Shown: positions 1 to 10,234, counted from the first letter of the stretch. The stretch: 64,000 nt of DNA from an uncultured delta proteobacterium (GCA_963778115.1 CAVZSV010000005.1:160001-224000); one strand, 5' to 3'. Notes: generated by a model not told the origin, from the sequence alone. Made by a program: numbers and translations.

Positions 1-226
1 CCGTGGCGTCGAACTCAGTGATAGCGCTTTGCAAAGCATTGACAGAGAGACCTTCACCGATCCAGGTATTTGCCTTTCGACCGTCAATAAAGAATTCGAT
101 GTGATTTCGAAAGCCCAAACCATCGACCACTTTAAAGGAAAGCGTAGAGGTCGGAGGGACCGTGATCGTTGCTGCGTTTAGCACTCCTACTACCATCAAA
201 AAAATAAATCCCACCACGGTTCGCAT
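1..226 (-). CDS. Hypothetical secreted protein, N-terminal part (runs off the window start)
   Basis: Read manually: GAGGAG RBS, then ATG at 226, MRTVVGFIFLMVVGVLNAATITVPP... with a signal-peptide-like N-terminus and no stop before position 1. Confidence 0.6.
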   Translation of the reverse strand, partial: MRTVVGFIFLMVVGVLNAATITVPPTSTLSFKVVDGLGFRNHIEFFIDGRKANTWIGEGLSVNALQSAITEFDAT

Positions 227-341
227 ATTTACTTCTCCTCGATTTTAGAACGAATGCAATAACAAGACTGAGGAAAAAGTTCAATAGGAGGTAGAAAAGG
301 GCTTATGAAAATCAATATTTAGAGTAGGGAAGGGGTTAAAC

Positions 342-1250
342 TCAGCGCAGATCGAGCGGAGCCTTAGCTCTTCCCACGAAAGTGACTAGCACTACTAAGG
401 TAATGAGATAAGGCATCGCTTGGATGAGTTGTACGGGAAAGGTCTGACCAAAAAGTGAAACTCCCTGCAGCTGAATCTGAAGCGCATCGGCGAATCCAAA
501 TATCAAGCATGCTCCTAGTGTCGGAAGAGGTTTCCATTTTCCAAAGATAAGTGCCGTAAGTGCGATAAAACCTCGCCCTGCGGTCATGTCACGCGTGAAT
601 TGGCTGCCATGAGACGTCGAGAGATAGATCCCTCCCAAAGAGGCTAGAACACCACCGGCCAGCATCGCTTGGTAGCGGATGCGATTAGGCGAAACGCCGG
701 CAGTGGCAAGCGCCTCAGGCGCGTCTCCCGCCGCATTCATTCGAAGTCCACTTCGGGTTCGGTAAATCCAAAAGTGCAAAAAGAGGGGCAACAAGAAAGC
801 TAGATAGACCAGCGGGAACTGATCGAAAAGTAACGGGCCTATAAAAGGAATGTCTTTGAGGCCTGGAATTGCCCAGTGCTGAAAACGTTGATCCATGGGG
901 ATAGACGGAGTGTTTGTCGTTCCTCCAAAAAGTACCTTGGTCATAAGCGGGGTAATACCGGCGCAGAAAATATTAACGGCAACTCCACTGACGATCCGAT
1001 TCGCACGTGCGGTAATCGACAAAAAGGCGTGGCCCATCATAGCGAGCGCGCCGGCGACGCAACCCGCTAGTAAACCCAGCCAGGGGCTACCCGTATAAAA
1101 ATTAATGGTGGCACTAGTCCAAGCCGCCATTAGCATGACCCCCTCAAGACAAATCGTGGCCACACCCGTGCGTTCGCACAAAAGGCCCCCCAATGCCGCA
1201 AATAGAAGTGGGGTAGAGAGTCTAAGGGCCGAGGCGAGAAGGGCCGTCAT
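342..1250 (-). CDS. Nucleoside/simple-sugar ABC transporter permease (YufQ/NupQ-like)
   Basis: Hydrophobic; TPLLFAALGG..ERTG..LEGVML and MTAGRGFIALTALIFGKWKP motifs; last gene of the BMP ABC operon. Confidence 0.92.
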   Translation of the reverse strand: MTALLASALRLSTPLLFAALGGLLCERTGVATICLEGVMLMAAWTSATINFYTGSPWLGLLAGCVAGALAMMGHAFLSITARANRIVSGVAVNIFCAGITPLMTKVLFGGTTNTPSIPMDQRFQHWAIPGLKDIPFIGPLLFDQFPLVYLAFLLPLFLHFWIYRTRSGLRMNAAGDAPEALATAGVSPNRIRYQAMLAGGVLASLGGIYLSTSHGSQFTRDMTAGRGFIALTALIFGKWKPLPTLGACLIFGFADALQIQLQGVSLFGQTFPVQLIQAMPYLITLVVLVTFVGRAKAPLDLR

Positions 1251-2305
1251 GGTTTCGCCCCTTTGAGCTGTCTACTCTTAAGCAATCGATTCACCAGATA
1301 TTCGGCCGCGACAAAAGCGATGAGAACCCCTTGAATCACGAAGGACAGCTCTTTGGAGACTCTATCGCTTAGAAATTCGATCTCTCGGCTGCTTGTTTGA
1401 AGTCCCCCAAAAAGAACGGCCGAGATGATGATGGCAATGGGGTTATTCTTAGCGATGAGAGCAACCGCAATTCCCGTAAATCCGTAACCGGGTGAAAAGC
1501 CTTGGAGCACTTTGTGTTGGTTCCCCATCACCTCGTTCACGCCCACAAGACCCGCCAGTCCGCCGCTAAGAGCCAGTGCCGTAACTGTTATCTTCTTGAC
1601 GGAAATTCCGGCAAATCGGGCCGCAGTCGCATTGAGTCCGACACTCCGCAACTCATAACCCCACGTCGTGCGGTATAGAAAAAACCAGGTGGCGATGGAA
1701 ACCGCCACCATGAGGACAATGGAATAATTGGCGGGGGTTGTGGGAAGAAAAACAATGTTAGCAATTTCATAAGCAGGAGGAACAGGAAGAGTTTCCGTGT
1801 TTTGAGTTTGCGGATTTCGCAGTGGATAGAGCAACAAATAATCGACGAGAGAAACCGCTATAAAGTTAAGCAGAATCGTGACGATCACCTCATGGCTGCC
1901 ACGCCAGGCCTTCAAAATTCCGGCGATGGCTCCCCACAAAGCGCCGGCTGCAAAAGCCGCTATTATTCCTACGGGGATCGCAAGAAAAGGAGGAAGAAAG
2001 GGTAGGCTGCGGCTAACAATGACTACCGCAATGCTTCCGATATAGAGTTGCCCTTCCGCTCCGATATTAAAAAGGCCGGCCTTGAAACTCAACGCTACAC
2101 TTAGGCCCGTGGCAATGAGAGGGGTAGCATAAAACAGGGCATAGCCAATTCCGAAGGGCTTTAGAAAAGTATTTCCGAAGGCCCGTACGAGCAGCCAAGG
2201 ATCTTCTCCGGTGCAGGTCAAAAATATCGAACAGACGATAAGCGCAAAGAGAATTCCCAAAGAGGGGGAGCGCAGAGCCTTGAGTAGGCGCCGCAGATGG
2301 ATCAT
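1247..2305 (-). CDS. Nucleoside/simple-sugar ABC transporter permease (YufP/NupP-like)
   Basis: GLFNIGAEGQ, HEVIVTILLN and GYGFTGIAVAL motifs; ATGA overlaps with both neighbours. Confidence 0.92.
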   Translation of the reverse strand: MIHLRRLLKALRSPSLGILFALIVCSIFLTCTGEDPWLLVRAFGNTFLKPFGIGYALFYATPLIATGLSVALSFKAGLFNIGAEGQLYIGSIAVVIVSRSLPFLPPFLAIPVGIIAAFAAGALWGAIAGILKAWRGSHEVIVTILLNFIAVSLVDYLLLYPLRNPQTQNTETLPVPPAYEIANIVFLPTTPANYSIVLMVAVSIATWFFLYRTTWGYELRSVGLNATAARFAGISVKKITVTALALSGGLAGLVGVNEVMGNQHKVLQGFSPGYGFTGIAVALIAKNNPIAIIISAVLFGGLQTSSREIEFLSDRVSKELSFVIQGVLIAFVAAEYLVNRLLKSRQLKGAKP

Positions 2306-3834
2306 AGGCTACCCCCCGTCATCCATAAGCCTATTTGCGATTCATCGGCATTTTCCCGGCTGACTTCACCAGTAATCTTGCCATCGAAAAACACGATGAT
2401 TCGATCGGACAGGGCTAGAATCTCTTCGAGTTCCGAGGAGAAAAGAACGATGGAAGTCCCTTCATTGCGAAGTCGTAAAAAAAGAGCGTGAATGAATTCA
2501 ATCGCGCCAATATCCACTCCACGCGTCGGGTAGGCGGCTACCAAGAGTTTGAGCGAGTGTGCTGTTTCTCTTCCGATGACAACCTTTTGTTGATTGCCTC
2601 CGGAAAGCCCTCCTATCTTTCGACGAGTGTCTCTCGGCCGGATATCGAAAGTTTCAGCCATGTTGTCGCTAAAGGCCGCGATGCGCGATTGAGAGAGCCA
2701 CGCACCTCGGGGGCCTCGAGTGAATTGTGGCTCTCTATGATGTCCCAAGATGACATTTTCGCGGACACTAAAAGCGGGGACGATGGCTTCACGGTAGCGA
2801 TCGGGAGCTATAAGTCCCAGCCCGTGTTGCCGGGAATCGTAAGTATTCTTGCCTTCGAGCTTATCTCCCGAAAGAAGAATACTCCCTTCGTTCGGTCGCA
2901 AGAGGTTCGCTAGGCATTCGATGAGCTCCTGTTGGCCGTTTCCGCTAACTCCGGCGACCCCCAGGATCTCTCCTGCTTTCACTTGAAAAGAGATCCCGTC
3001 CAGAATTCGCTTATGCTCCTGAGTAACGACCAGATCTTTGACCTCTAAAGTGGTCTCCCCCCGAACCGGGGGACGGGTTACAGGAAGCGGCCGTAACTTT
3101 CGCCCCACGATAAGTTCCGCGAGTCCCGTCTCGTTTAGCCCTTTGGTTGCGATGGTACTCACTACCTTGCTCTGGCGCATGACCGTAATGGTTTGTGTGA
3201 GATCTAAGATCTCTTTTAGCTTGTGAGAGATTAGCACGATGGTCTTTCCCGCCTCCCAGAGGTGTCTTAATCGTGCAAACAGGACCGTAACCTCTTGGGG
3301 GGTAAGGACTGCAGTGGGTTCGTCCAGAATCAAAATCTCGGCTTTGCGATAAAGGAGTTTTAAGATCTCTACCTGTTGCTGAAGGCCGACGGGAAGGGCC
3401 TCTACTTTGGTGGTAAGGTCTAGCCCGAAGCCAAAGCTCCTTTGCAAGGCGTCTAGTTGGGCACAAATCGCTTTTTCGTCGAGGATAAATTGGGGTTCGA
3501 TTCCAAGCACGATGTTCTGCCATACGGGTAAGGTGGGGACCAGCATGAAATGCTGATGGACCATGCCGATCCCTAATCCGATAGCAATATGAGGATTGGC
3601 TATTTTGACCACTTGGTTGCGAACCGAAAGTTCACCTGAGTCGGGAGGGAAAAGGCCATAGACGATCTTCATCGCCGTTGATTTGCCAGCCCCATTTTCA
3701 CCGACAACACCGTGAAGGCTATTGCTCTTTACGGTAAACGAGACGTCATCGTTGGCAACGAGTTGATCGAAGCGTTTAGATATGTTCCGTAAGGAAAAGG
3801 CTTCTGAGATGCTAGAGGAGAATTCCTCGGCCAT
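2302..3834 (-). CDS. ABC transporter ATP-binding protein, tandem domains (YufO/NupO-like)
   Basis: Walker A GENGAGKST, ILDEPTAVLTPQE, LSGGNQQK, PTRGVDIGA. Confidence 0.95.
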   Translation of the reverse strand: MAEEFSSSISEAFSLRNISKRFDQLVANDDVSFTVKSNSLHGVVGENGAGKSTAMKIVYGLFPPDSGELSVRNQVVKIANPHIAIGLGIGMVHQHFMLVPTLPVWQNIVLGIEPQFILDEKAICAQLDALQRSFGFGLDLTTKVEALPVGLQQQVEILKLLYRKAEILILDEPTAVLTPQEVTVLFARLRHLWEAGKTIVLISHKLKEILDLTQTITVMRQSKVVSTIATKGLNETGLAELIVGRKLRPLPVTRPPVRGETTLEVKDLVVTQEHKRILDGISFQVKAGEILGVAGVSGNGQQELIECLANLLRPNEGSILLSGDKLEGKNTYDSRQHGLGLIAPDRYREAIVPAFSVRENVILGHHREPQFTRGPRGAWLSQSRIAAFSDNMAETFDIRPRDTRRKIGGLSGGNQQKVVIGRETAHSLKLLVAAYPTRGVDIGAIEFIHALFLRLRNEGTSIVLFSSELEEILALSDRIIVFFDGKITGEVSRENADESQIGLWMTGGSL

Positions 3835-3837
3835 GGT

Positions 3838-4857
3838 TTACGACTTAGATTGTTGGTAATAGTCGGGAACTTTTATCTTTCCCTTGATTATCTCTTCTTT
3901 GAGCTCCTTTACCCTCGACAAAACCGCCGGTGGTAACAGGGGGCGATTGAATTCATCCACCGCAAAGTCAATGGATCCTTCCTTGAGTCCAAACTCATGA
4001 CTTCCGGATTCAAATTTTCCTTGGACCGTCTTTTCGATCGTGTCGTAAACTCCGTAATCGAGGTGTTTGAGCATGCTAGTCAGCACGCGTCCCGGTTTGA
4101 CTCCATTTTGATTGGAGTCGCAACCGATGACGTATTTCTTTAACTCTTCGGCCGCGTCGAATACACCCATGCCAGAGGCTCCGGCCGGAGCAAATATGAC
4201 ATCGGCTTTTCGGTTGTACTGGCTAACGGCTAACTCTTTTCCTTTGGTGGGATCCCGCCAGGCTTCCGAAGTGGAGCCCACGTAGTTAACCAGAGTCTGA
4301 GTGGTTGGACTTACTTGCTTGACTCCAGCGCGATAGCCAATTTCAAAACGACGAATCAGAGGAATGTCCATTCCTCCAATAAAGCCCACCGTTTTACTTT
4401 TGCTGGTGAGTGCTGAAATCGCACCCACAAGGAAAGCCCCTTCTTGTTCCTTGAAACTAATCGATCGAACGTTGGGACCAGAGCCTTGAGCATCTACGAT
4501 GAGAAACTTAATCTTAGGAAAGTCTTTGGCCACTTTGGTAATGGGCTCCGCCATGACAAAACCGATTCCAATGATGAGATCAAAATCATGTTCGGCGAAC
4601 GTTCTTAGGGAGGCCTCAATAGAGGCGTCGTCCGAAGATTCGACGGTCTTTAAAGTAATTCCCAGTTTCTTCTGGGCTTCGGTAGCCCCTTTATAGGCAG
4701 AAGCATTAAAGGACTTGTCGTCCCGGCCTCCCTTATCCAAGACGAGTCCCACCTTAAGAGGTGCTGCGTGACTCACTACCCCGAGTAGGAGCCCAAGACC
4801 TAACATTAGCTTAGACAAAACCGTAAACCCACGAATCCTTAGCGAAACCCAAGTCAT
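3838..4857 (-). CDS. BMP-family ABC transporter substrate-binding protein
   Basis: GGRDDKSFN, EQEGAFLVG, IGCDSNQ and LTSMLK motifs; N-terminal signal peptide. Confidence 0.93.
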   Translation of the reverse strand: MTWVSLRIRGFTVLSKLMLGLGLLLGVVSHAAPLKVGLVLDKGGRDDKSFNASAYKGATEAQKKLGITLKTVESSDDASIEASLRTFAEHDFDLIIGIGFVMAEPITKVAKDFPKIKFLIVDAQGSGPNVRSISFKEQEGAFLVGAISALTSKSKTVGFIGGMDIPLIRRFEIGYRAGVKQVSPTTQTLVNYVGSTSEAWRDPTKGKELAVSQYNRKADVIFAPAGASGMGVFDAAEELKKYVIGCDSNQNGVKPGRVLTSMLKHLDYGVYDTIEKTVQGKFESGSHEFGLKEGSIDFAVDEFNRPLLPPAVLSRVKELKEEIIKGKIKVPDYYQQSKS

Positions 4858-4985
4858 CTAAGTATCCTTCTTTGTTAAATTTTGGAGTACCCACTTTAGC
4901 CGCCAAGACAAGGTGAGGCGGTGTTCCAGCCAATAGGACAGTAGGTAAGACGTGCGTGGCCGTCAAGCCTGACGTAAAAACACAG

Positions 4986-5035
4986 AAAGGTACGGCCTAC
5001 CTTCTTGTAGGTACAGGAAGGTAGGCCGTACCTTT
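4986..5035. terminator. Long hairpin (about 24-bp stem); probable terminator or REP-like palindrome
   Basis: AAAGGTACGGCCTACCTTCTTGTA-GG-TACAGGAAGGTAGGCCGTACCTTT directly downstream of the stop of 5041..5460. Confidence 0.7.
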
Positions 5036-5040
5036 TTGGG

Positions 5041-5460
5041 TTAGGTTTCTTCTTCAATCGGATCGTCTTCCCAGTTTCGACTATCTTCGACAGGGCTTCC
5101 TTTGATGTCAGAGACACCACCCTCATTTCTACCAAGACCTCCTCCAGCGGCTCGGCCGATTACGGCGTCTTGAAATTCAGCGCTATCAAGATCTTCTCGA
5201 AATTGAGGAGATTGAGGGTTGGCGAGATCACTGGGTGAAGTGGAGGTGGCATCATCGGTTCCCTCCCACCCCCCAGGAATGACATCATGGTCAAATTCTC
5301 CTGTCGCACTCCCTACGATCTCTCCTAGCTCGTCCTCCCGGGGATCGTTATCCAGCACTAGCGGGGAGTAGGAATCGTTGTGCTTGTGTTTGCGGTGGTG
5401 GTTGGGGCCTCGTGGGGAGAGGCGTCTGTCGTCTTCCAAGGGTTTACGGTATGCCTTCAT
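5041..5460 (-). CDS. Hypothetical acidic, probably disordered protein
   Basis: 139-aa ORF with a strong AGGAGG RBS, an upstream sigma54 motif and a downstream hairpin. Confidence 0.75.
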   Translation of the reverse strand: MKAYRKPLEDDRRLSPRGPNHHRKHKHNDSYSPLVLDNDPREDELGEIVGSATGEFDHDVIPGGWEGTDDATSTSPSDLANPQSPQFREDLDSAEFQDAVIGRAAGGGLGRNEGGVSDIKGSPVEDSRNWEDDPIEEET

Positions 5461-5509
5461 TGTCGTTCCTCCTTATGCCTTTCAAAGTCGAGTCATGACT
5501 TTTATCTGA

Positions 5510-5524
5510 GCAAGGCGTGTGCCA
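5510..5524 (-). promoter_or_regulatory. Sigma54 (-24/-12) promoter
   Basis: TGGCAC-ACGCC-TTGC on the minus strand, an exact consensus match about 50 bp upstream of ATG 5460. Confidence 0.75.
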
Positions 5525-5649
5525 CGCTTCAGCCGCTGGTTTGTGCCTGATAAGACAGGAAGGTATTGCAGTTTTCCACAGATAGGTGTGCGAACTGCCT
5601 CTTTGCTGCGCAATTTCTTGGAGGGCTCGGCCGTGTTATGCTTACGCGG

Positions 5650-6399
5650 ATGTCGGAAAATCTTTCGCAAGCTCCGCTTCTCATCTTAGATCGAGTTTCC
5701 CTAAGCTTCCCCGCAGGGGTAACGGCTCTGAGTGAAGTGAGTTTGTCGCTAGATTCAGGTGAGGTCTTGGCGGTTCTGGGGCCCAGTGGATCGGGAAAGA
5801 CGACACTTCTCAAAGTCATGGCTGGTCTTCTTGTGCCCCAATCAGGGACGGTGCGCAAAAATGGGGAGCGTTCCCCCTTTCGTTTAGGGATGACTTTTCA
5901 AAATTCGGGGATTTTCGATTCGATGACCTGTTTTGAAAATTTAGAGATCGTACTTCGAGAATGGGGGGTCGCTCGTCAAGAACGTAAAGAGAGGATAGCG
6001 GCCGCTCTCGAAGAGGTGGGGCTTTCCGGTTCTGATAGCCTGTATCCCCATCAAATCAGCGGTGGAATGAAAAAACGATTAGGCATCGCGCGATCGTTAC
6101 TCTTAAAGCCCAACGTGGTGCTTTACGACGATCCCACGGCAGGCCTAGATCCGGTAACCTCCCGCTCCATCTGTGATCTTATCGAAACCACCCGAAAGTT
6201 AAGAGGCACTACGATCGTCCTAGTTACCAGTGACTTGGCCCAAGCGATTCGCATTAGTGGGCGCATCGCTTTTCTACACCGAGGCCAATTGCTTGAAGCG
6301 GGAACCACAGAGGCTATCCGAAACAGCCGTAATCCCGTGGTACATCAATTTATGCATGGCCTCTTACGTGGACCGCTGACCGTGGGGACCAGCCTGTGA
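5650..6399 (+). CDS. mlaF: MlaF-like ABC ATP-binding protein (copy 1)
   Basis: GPSGSGKT, ISGGMKKRLGIAR, LYDDPTAGLDP; start uncertain (5638 or 5650). Confidence 0.85.
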   Translation: MSENLSQAPLLILDRVSLSFPAGVTALSEVSLSLDSGEVLAVLGPSGSGKTTLLKVMAGLLVPQSGTVRKNGERSPFRLGMTFQNSGIFDSMTCFENLEIVLREWGVARQERKERIAAALEEVGLSGSDSLYPHQISGGMKKRLGIARSLLLKPNVVLYDDPTAGLDPVTSRSICDLIETTRKLRGTTIVLVTSDLAQAIRISGRIAFLHRGQLLEAGTTEAIRNSRNPVVHQFMHGLLRGPLTVGTSL

Positions 6400-7139
6400 T
6401 CCAGTTTAAATCGGTGTCCAAATCCTTCGGCGCAAAAGTAGTTCTCGATAATGTCTCTTTTTGTGTCGAAAAAGGCCAGATAGTCTTTGTCATCGGAAAG
6501 TCGGGTATGGGTAAATCGGTCATGCTTAAGAATATCGTGGGATTGCTGCGGCCCGATTCAGGGGAGATTTGGATCGAAGGCAGTGAGGTGACCCGCTATG
6601 GCGAAGCCCAATATTTGGACGTGCGAAAGCGTTGCGGGATGATCTTTCAAAATCCGGCCCTCTTGGATTTTTTGACCGTCTATGAAAACGTGGCGTTTGG
6701 ATTAAGGGCCCATCACATGGCTCTCGACAGGACGGGTATTGACCTATTGGTAAATCGGGCATTGGAGATGGTGAATCTCGAAAAATCCTGTTTGCAGCTA
6801 TTTCCTTCGCAACTCAGTTTTGGAATGCAAAAGCGAGTGAGCTTGGCAAGAACACTCGTCTTAAGACCCACTTATCTCTTATATGACGAGCCGACTACGG
6901 GACTCGATCCGGTTTCGACCCGAGCTATTAATCATCTGATCGAAAGGCTTTCCGACACTCTGGGAGTCACTTCCCTGGTGGTATCTCATGACATGGAGTG
7001 CGCTCTGGAAATCGCCGATCGCATTATCATGCTCGATGAGGGAAAAATACTAACCCAAGGATCGCCTTCGGAGCTTTTGGAGTGCCCGCTTGCTTTGGTT
7101 CAGGATTTTCTAAGAGAGGCTAAGGAGAGACGCTATTGA
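6396..7139 (+). CDS. mlaF: MlaF-like ABC ATP-binding protein (copy 2)
   Basis: GKSGMGKS, LSFGMQKRVSLAR, LYDEPTTGLDP, VSHD. Confidence 0.88.
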   Translation: MIQFKSVSKSFGAKVVLDNVSFCVEKGQIVFVIGKSGMGKSVMLKNIVGLLRPDSGEIWIEGSEVTRYGEAQYLDVRKRCGMIFQNPALLDFLTVYENVAFGLRAHHMALDRTGIDLLVNRALEMVNLEKSCLQLFPSQLSFGMQKRVSLARTLVLRPTYLLYDEPTTGLDPVSTRAINHLIERLSDTLGVTSLVVSHDMECALEIADRIIMLDEGKILTQGSPSELLECPLALVQDFLREAKERRY

Positions 7140-7939
7140 AGAGCCTTCGCCAAATAGGGAGGGTACTCTTCGTGAATCCCACTGAGGAGTTGGGTGCCAT
7201 TACCCTTTTTTCCAAGGAGTGTCTGTGGAGCTTTTTGCGTAGAGGGGTTAGAGGACTTACTTTAGTGGAACAGATCTATCTAGTGGGCGTTCGTTCGCTT
7301 TCCACCACCTTAGTCACAGGCTCTTTCGTGGGCGCTATTTTAGCGATTCAGATTAATCTGCAGCTGCGCGATTTTGGTGCTCAAGGATTTTTAGGAGGAT
7401 TGTCTACGTCGACGACTATTCGAGACTTAGGCCCGGTGCTCATCGCCTTTATTTTATCGGGAAAGGTGGGCGCGTTTACTTCGGCTGAGATTGCAACGAT
7501 GCGTGTGACCGAGCAGATCGACGCGATTCGCTGTTTGGGAGCGGACCCCGTTGAATACCTGATAGTGCCCCGGATGGTGGCGGTAGTGATCTCTAGCTTT
7601 TTACTTCTCATCGTAGGACTCATGATGACCGTGGGCGGCGGCCTTCTCATGGCTAATATCCATCTAGGAGTGAACGCGCAAAACTACATTTCTAATATCG
7701 CAAGTCTCGTCTCGGGGTGGAGTATAGGGCTTGGAGTCGTCAAAAGCTTTGCGTTTGGCCTTATTATCGCCGTGATCTGTTGCTTTGAGGGAAATAGGGC
7801 GAGTGGGGGGGCGGAAGGCGTCGGTAGAGCGGTTCGTGGAGCCGCCGTGAAAACTTTGCTCACCATTATAGTGGTTAATTTTCTCATCTCGAGTCTGGGT
7901 AGTAGCTTGAGAGAACTTATCGGCTGGAACCATATATGA
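7136..7939 (+). CDS. mlaE: MlaE-family ABC permease (copy 1)
   Basis: RDLGPVL, AEIATMRVTEQIDA, YLIVPR, GAEGVG. Confidence 0.9.
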   Translation: MKSLRQIGRVLFVNPTEELGAITLFSKECLWSFLRRGVRGLTLVEQIYLVGVRSLSTTLVTGSFVGAILAIQINLQLRDFGAQGFLGGLSTSTTIRDLGPVLIAFILSGKVGAFTSAEIATMRVTEQIDAIRCLGADPVEYLIVPRMVAVVISSFLLLIVGLMMTVGGGLLMANIHLGVNAQNYISNIASLVSGWSIGLGVVKSFAFGLIIAVICCFEGNRASGGAEGVGRAVRGAAVKTLLTIIVVNFLISSLGSSLRELIGWNHI

Positions 7940-8718
7940 TCGAAGCTTTGGGAAGCGTTGCCTTACAGGCCTTTTGGCATTACCGAAGACTCTTTGAGAT
8001 AGGGGCCGTGGCGCTTCGGGCTTTAGTGCGATCTTGCATCCGAGGTAAATTTCGTTTCGAGCAAACGCTATTGCAATGCTATTCGGCTGGAGTCGAGAGT
8101 CTTCCCATTATCACTTTGGCGCTCTCTTTTATCGGGATCATGCTCACAGTGGAGTTCTCCTACCATATGAAGTTGGTCATTCGAGAGGACTCTTTAGTCC
8201 CGGCCTTTGCGACCGTACTGATGGTGCGAGAGTTGGGTCCCGTTGTTTGCTGCCTACTTTTGGCGTCGAGAGTCGGAGCGGGAATCGCCGCTGAAATAGG
8301 GACGATGCGGGTAACCGATCAGATAGACGCGCTACGTATCTTGTCTATCGATCCCATCGATTTTTTGGTAGTGCCCCGATGGCTAGCCTGTGTCGTCTCG
8401 TCCGTCACACTCTCTATCTTATCGGTTTCCGTTGCTTTGCTGGCTGGCGCCTTGCTGGCGGGTAGCCAGTTAGGTTATCAACCAAACGAATTTTTTAACT
8501 CCATGTTTACCTTTACCCACGGCCGGGATTTAGAAAGCTGCCTCATTAAAGCCGTCATTTTTGGAACCATCATTCCCATCGTAGCGACACGACACGGATT
8601 TAATTGCAAGCCAGGCGCTCAGGGGGTTGGGGACGCGGCCACTGCCGCTGTCGTAGAATCCTCTGTCCTTATTATTGTCGCCGACTTTTTTGTGACCTAC
8701 GCCCTGTATACCTTTTAG
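7936..8718 (+). CDS. mlaE: MlaE-family ABC permease (copy 2)
   Basis: RELGPVV, AEIGTMRVTDQIDAL, GAQGVGDAAT. Confidence 0.9.
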   Translation: MIEALGSVALQAFWHYRRLFEIGAVALRALVRSCIRGKFRFEQTLLQCYSAGVESLPIITLALSFIGIMLTVEFSYHMKLVIREDSLVPAFATVLMVRELGPVVCCLLLASRVGAGIAAEIGTMRVTDQIDALRILSIDPIDFLVVPRWLACVVSSVTLSILSVSVALLAGALLAGSQLGYQPNEFFNSMFTFTHGRDLESCLIKAVIFGTIIPIVATRHGFNCKPGAQGVGDAATAAVVESSVLIIVADFFVTYALYTF

Positions 8719-8733
8719 GTAAAGGGCTTACAC

Positions 8734-9150
8734 CTACTCTTCGATGACCCACACCACACTGGTCAAAGAGCTCACCTGACTAAATGCGGAATCGATGTCC
8801 TTAAGGGCATCGGCTTGCGACTTTGATCCTTTCGCATGGTAGAGGACGTAATAGCCTGTCATCGTAGTCGCCACATAGACGCTACCGTCGGTAATCGGGA
8901 TATTTCGAAAATGAGGCGCTATCAAAGTGTCATCGGGGTTGGCCTTGGTGAAATTCACATGGCAACTGCCAGAGGTGGTTGTGCCGTCCTTCTCGGTGGA
9001 AAGGGTTAGCTCGAGATTAGTTTGGCAAGCCTCGGCCTTGAAGGTAAAGGTCCGTTTCACCATATTGGCTTGTTTTACCGGTGTTTCAGAAAAATCTCCC
9101 GCAAAACCAAGTGCGGGCAATAACAGGAAAAGGGAAATAAATCGCTTCAT
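8734..9150 (-). CDS. Hypothetical secreted protein
   Basis: AGGAGG RBS; signal peptide MKRFISLFLLLPALGFA; two Cys. Confidence 0.75.
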   Translation of the reverse strand: MKRFISLFLLLPALGFAGDFSETPVKQANMVKRTFTFKAEACQTNLELTLSTEKDGTTTSGSCHVNFTKANPDDTLIAPHFRNIPITDGSVYVATTMTGYYVLYHAKGSKSQADALKDIDSAFSQVSSLTSVVWVIEE

Positions 9151-9424
9151 AAAATCGCCTCCTTACCCGAAGGTATACTTCACAGCGTTCAAAGAACTCA
9201 AACAGAATGATGATGAAAATTAGACTTATTGATTCATTGCGTTGCGTTTCTTGGGTGCCTGGGATCCCGGCTTAGGAATTCTTTGGGAGCTGGGGTTTCC
9301 ACGCGTTATAATGGAGGAGTCTGCATTTCATTCTTTCCCGAGCTGTTAGTGGCTCCTTTTTCTCTGATTTGGTCACGCAATCGGTCTTGCTAAGAATGTC
9401 GCCCTGCGTTTAAAGATTATCTCG

Positions 9425-10195
9425 ATGAAAAAACTCAATAAAGAATTTTTAGTGGGATGTCTCGTATTGCTGGCCCTGGGGCTCATGGTCACTTTCGGTT
9501 GGCTCATAGGAGTGATTGGCCCCTTTGTGACGGAATCTCACTTTAAGGTCTTGTATGCTTTTGCGGGCGGGGTAGAGGTCGGATCGCCGGTACGAGTGAG
9601 TGGCGTTAAAGTAGGCAAGGTCGAGAAAATTGAGTTTCTCCCGACCGCTTCCCAAGGGGAGGAGCCTGCGAGCCTTAGGTTACTCATAAGCGTGTCGCAG
9701 AAAGCATCGCCCACCGTTCGCGAAGATTCGAAATTTTATGTCAACATGGCAGGCATCATCGGAGAGAGATATGTCGAGATTAGCCCCGGCTCCAGTGATA
9801 AGCCCCAACTGGCGGATGGCGCCGAAGTCAGAGGAGTGGATCCGCCTCGCATCGATCAGCTTCTCTCACAGGGGTATGGAGTTTTCGGCCGCCTTCAACA
9901 GCTTCTTGAAAAAAATGAAGAGACGGTCACTACTTTCTTAAAACAGGTGAATAGTGTTCTTACGGGCATGAACGAGATGTTGGCGAGTAGCGATAAGAAA
10001 AAGATCTTTGCGCTAGTCGACAATCTTAATGCCATCACGCACGATTTAAGAGGGGTGTCTAAGGGGCTGGATGATAAAGAGACCAAAGAGGCGTTTCGAA
10101 TGCTCTTTGATCTGATTCACCGGGCCCACGATATCGACAAACCAGCGCTCAAAAAGTTTCTGCAAGAAGAGGGAATTCGCGCGCATATTTTCTAG
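9425..10195 (+). CDS. mlaD: MlaD/MCE-family protein
   Basis: N-terminal TM; MCE motifs GVEVGSPVRVSGVKVGKV and GIIGERYVEISPG; helical C-terminus. Confidence 0.9.
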   Translation: MKKLNKEFLVGCLVLLALGLMVTFGWLIGVIGPFVTESHFKVLYAFAGGVEVGSPVRVSGVKVGKVEKIEFLPTASQGEEPASLRLLISVSQKASPTVREDSKFYVNMAGIIGERYVEISPGSSDKPQLADGAEVRGVDPPRIDQLLSQGYGVFGRLQQLLEKNEETVTTFLKQVNSVLTGMNEMLASSDKKKIFALVDNLNAITHDLRGVSKGLDDKETKEAFRMLFDLIHRAHDIDKPALKKFLQEEGIRAHIF

Positions 10196-10234
10196 GTTTG
10201 GGTGAAGGATAGGGCCATTTCGGGGGGAGGTTCC

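Noticed and set aside
2488..3523. Alternative-frame ORFs 2488..2913 and 3011..3523, and similar shadow ORFs across the window (e.g. 10046..10579, 46651..47178, 57917..58453)
   Set aside because: They lie within or antisense to well-supported genes and have no protein-family features
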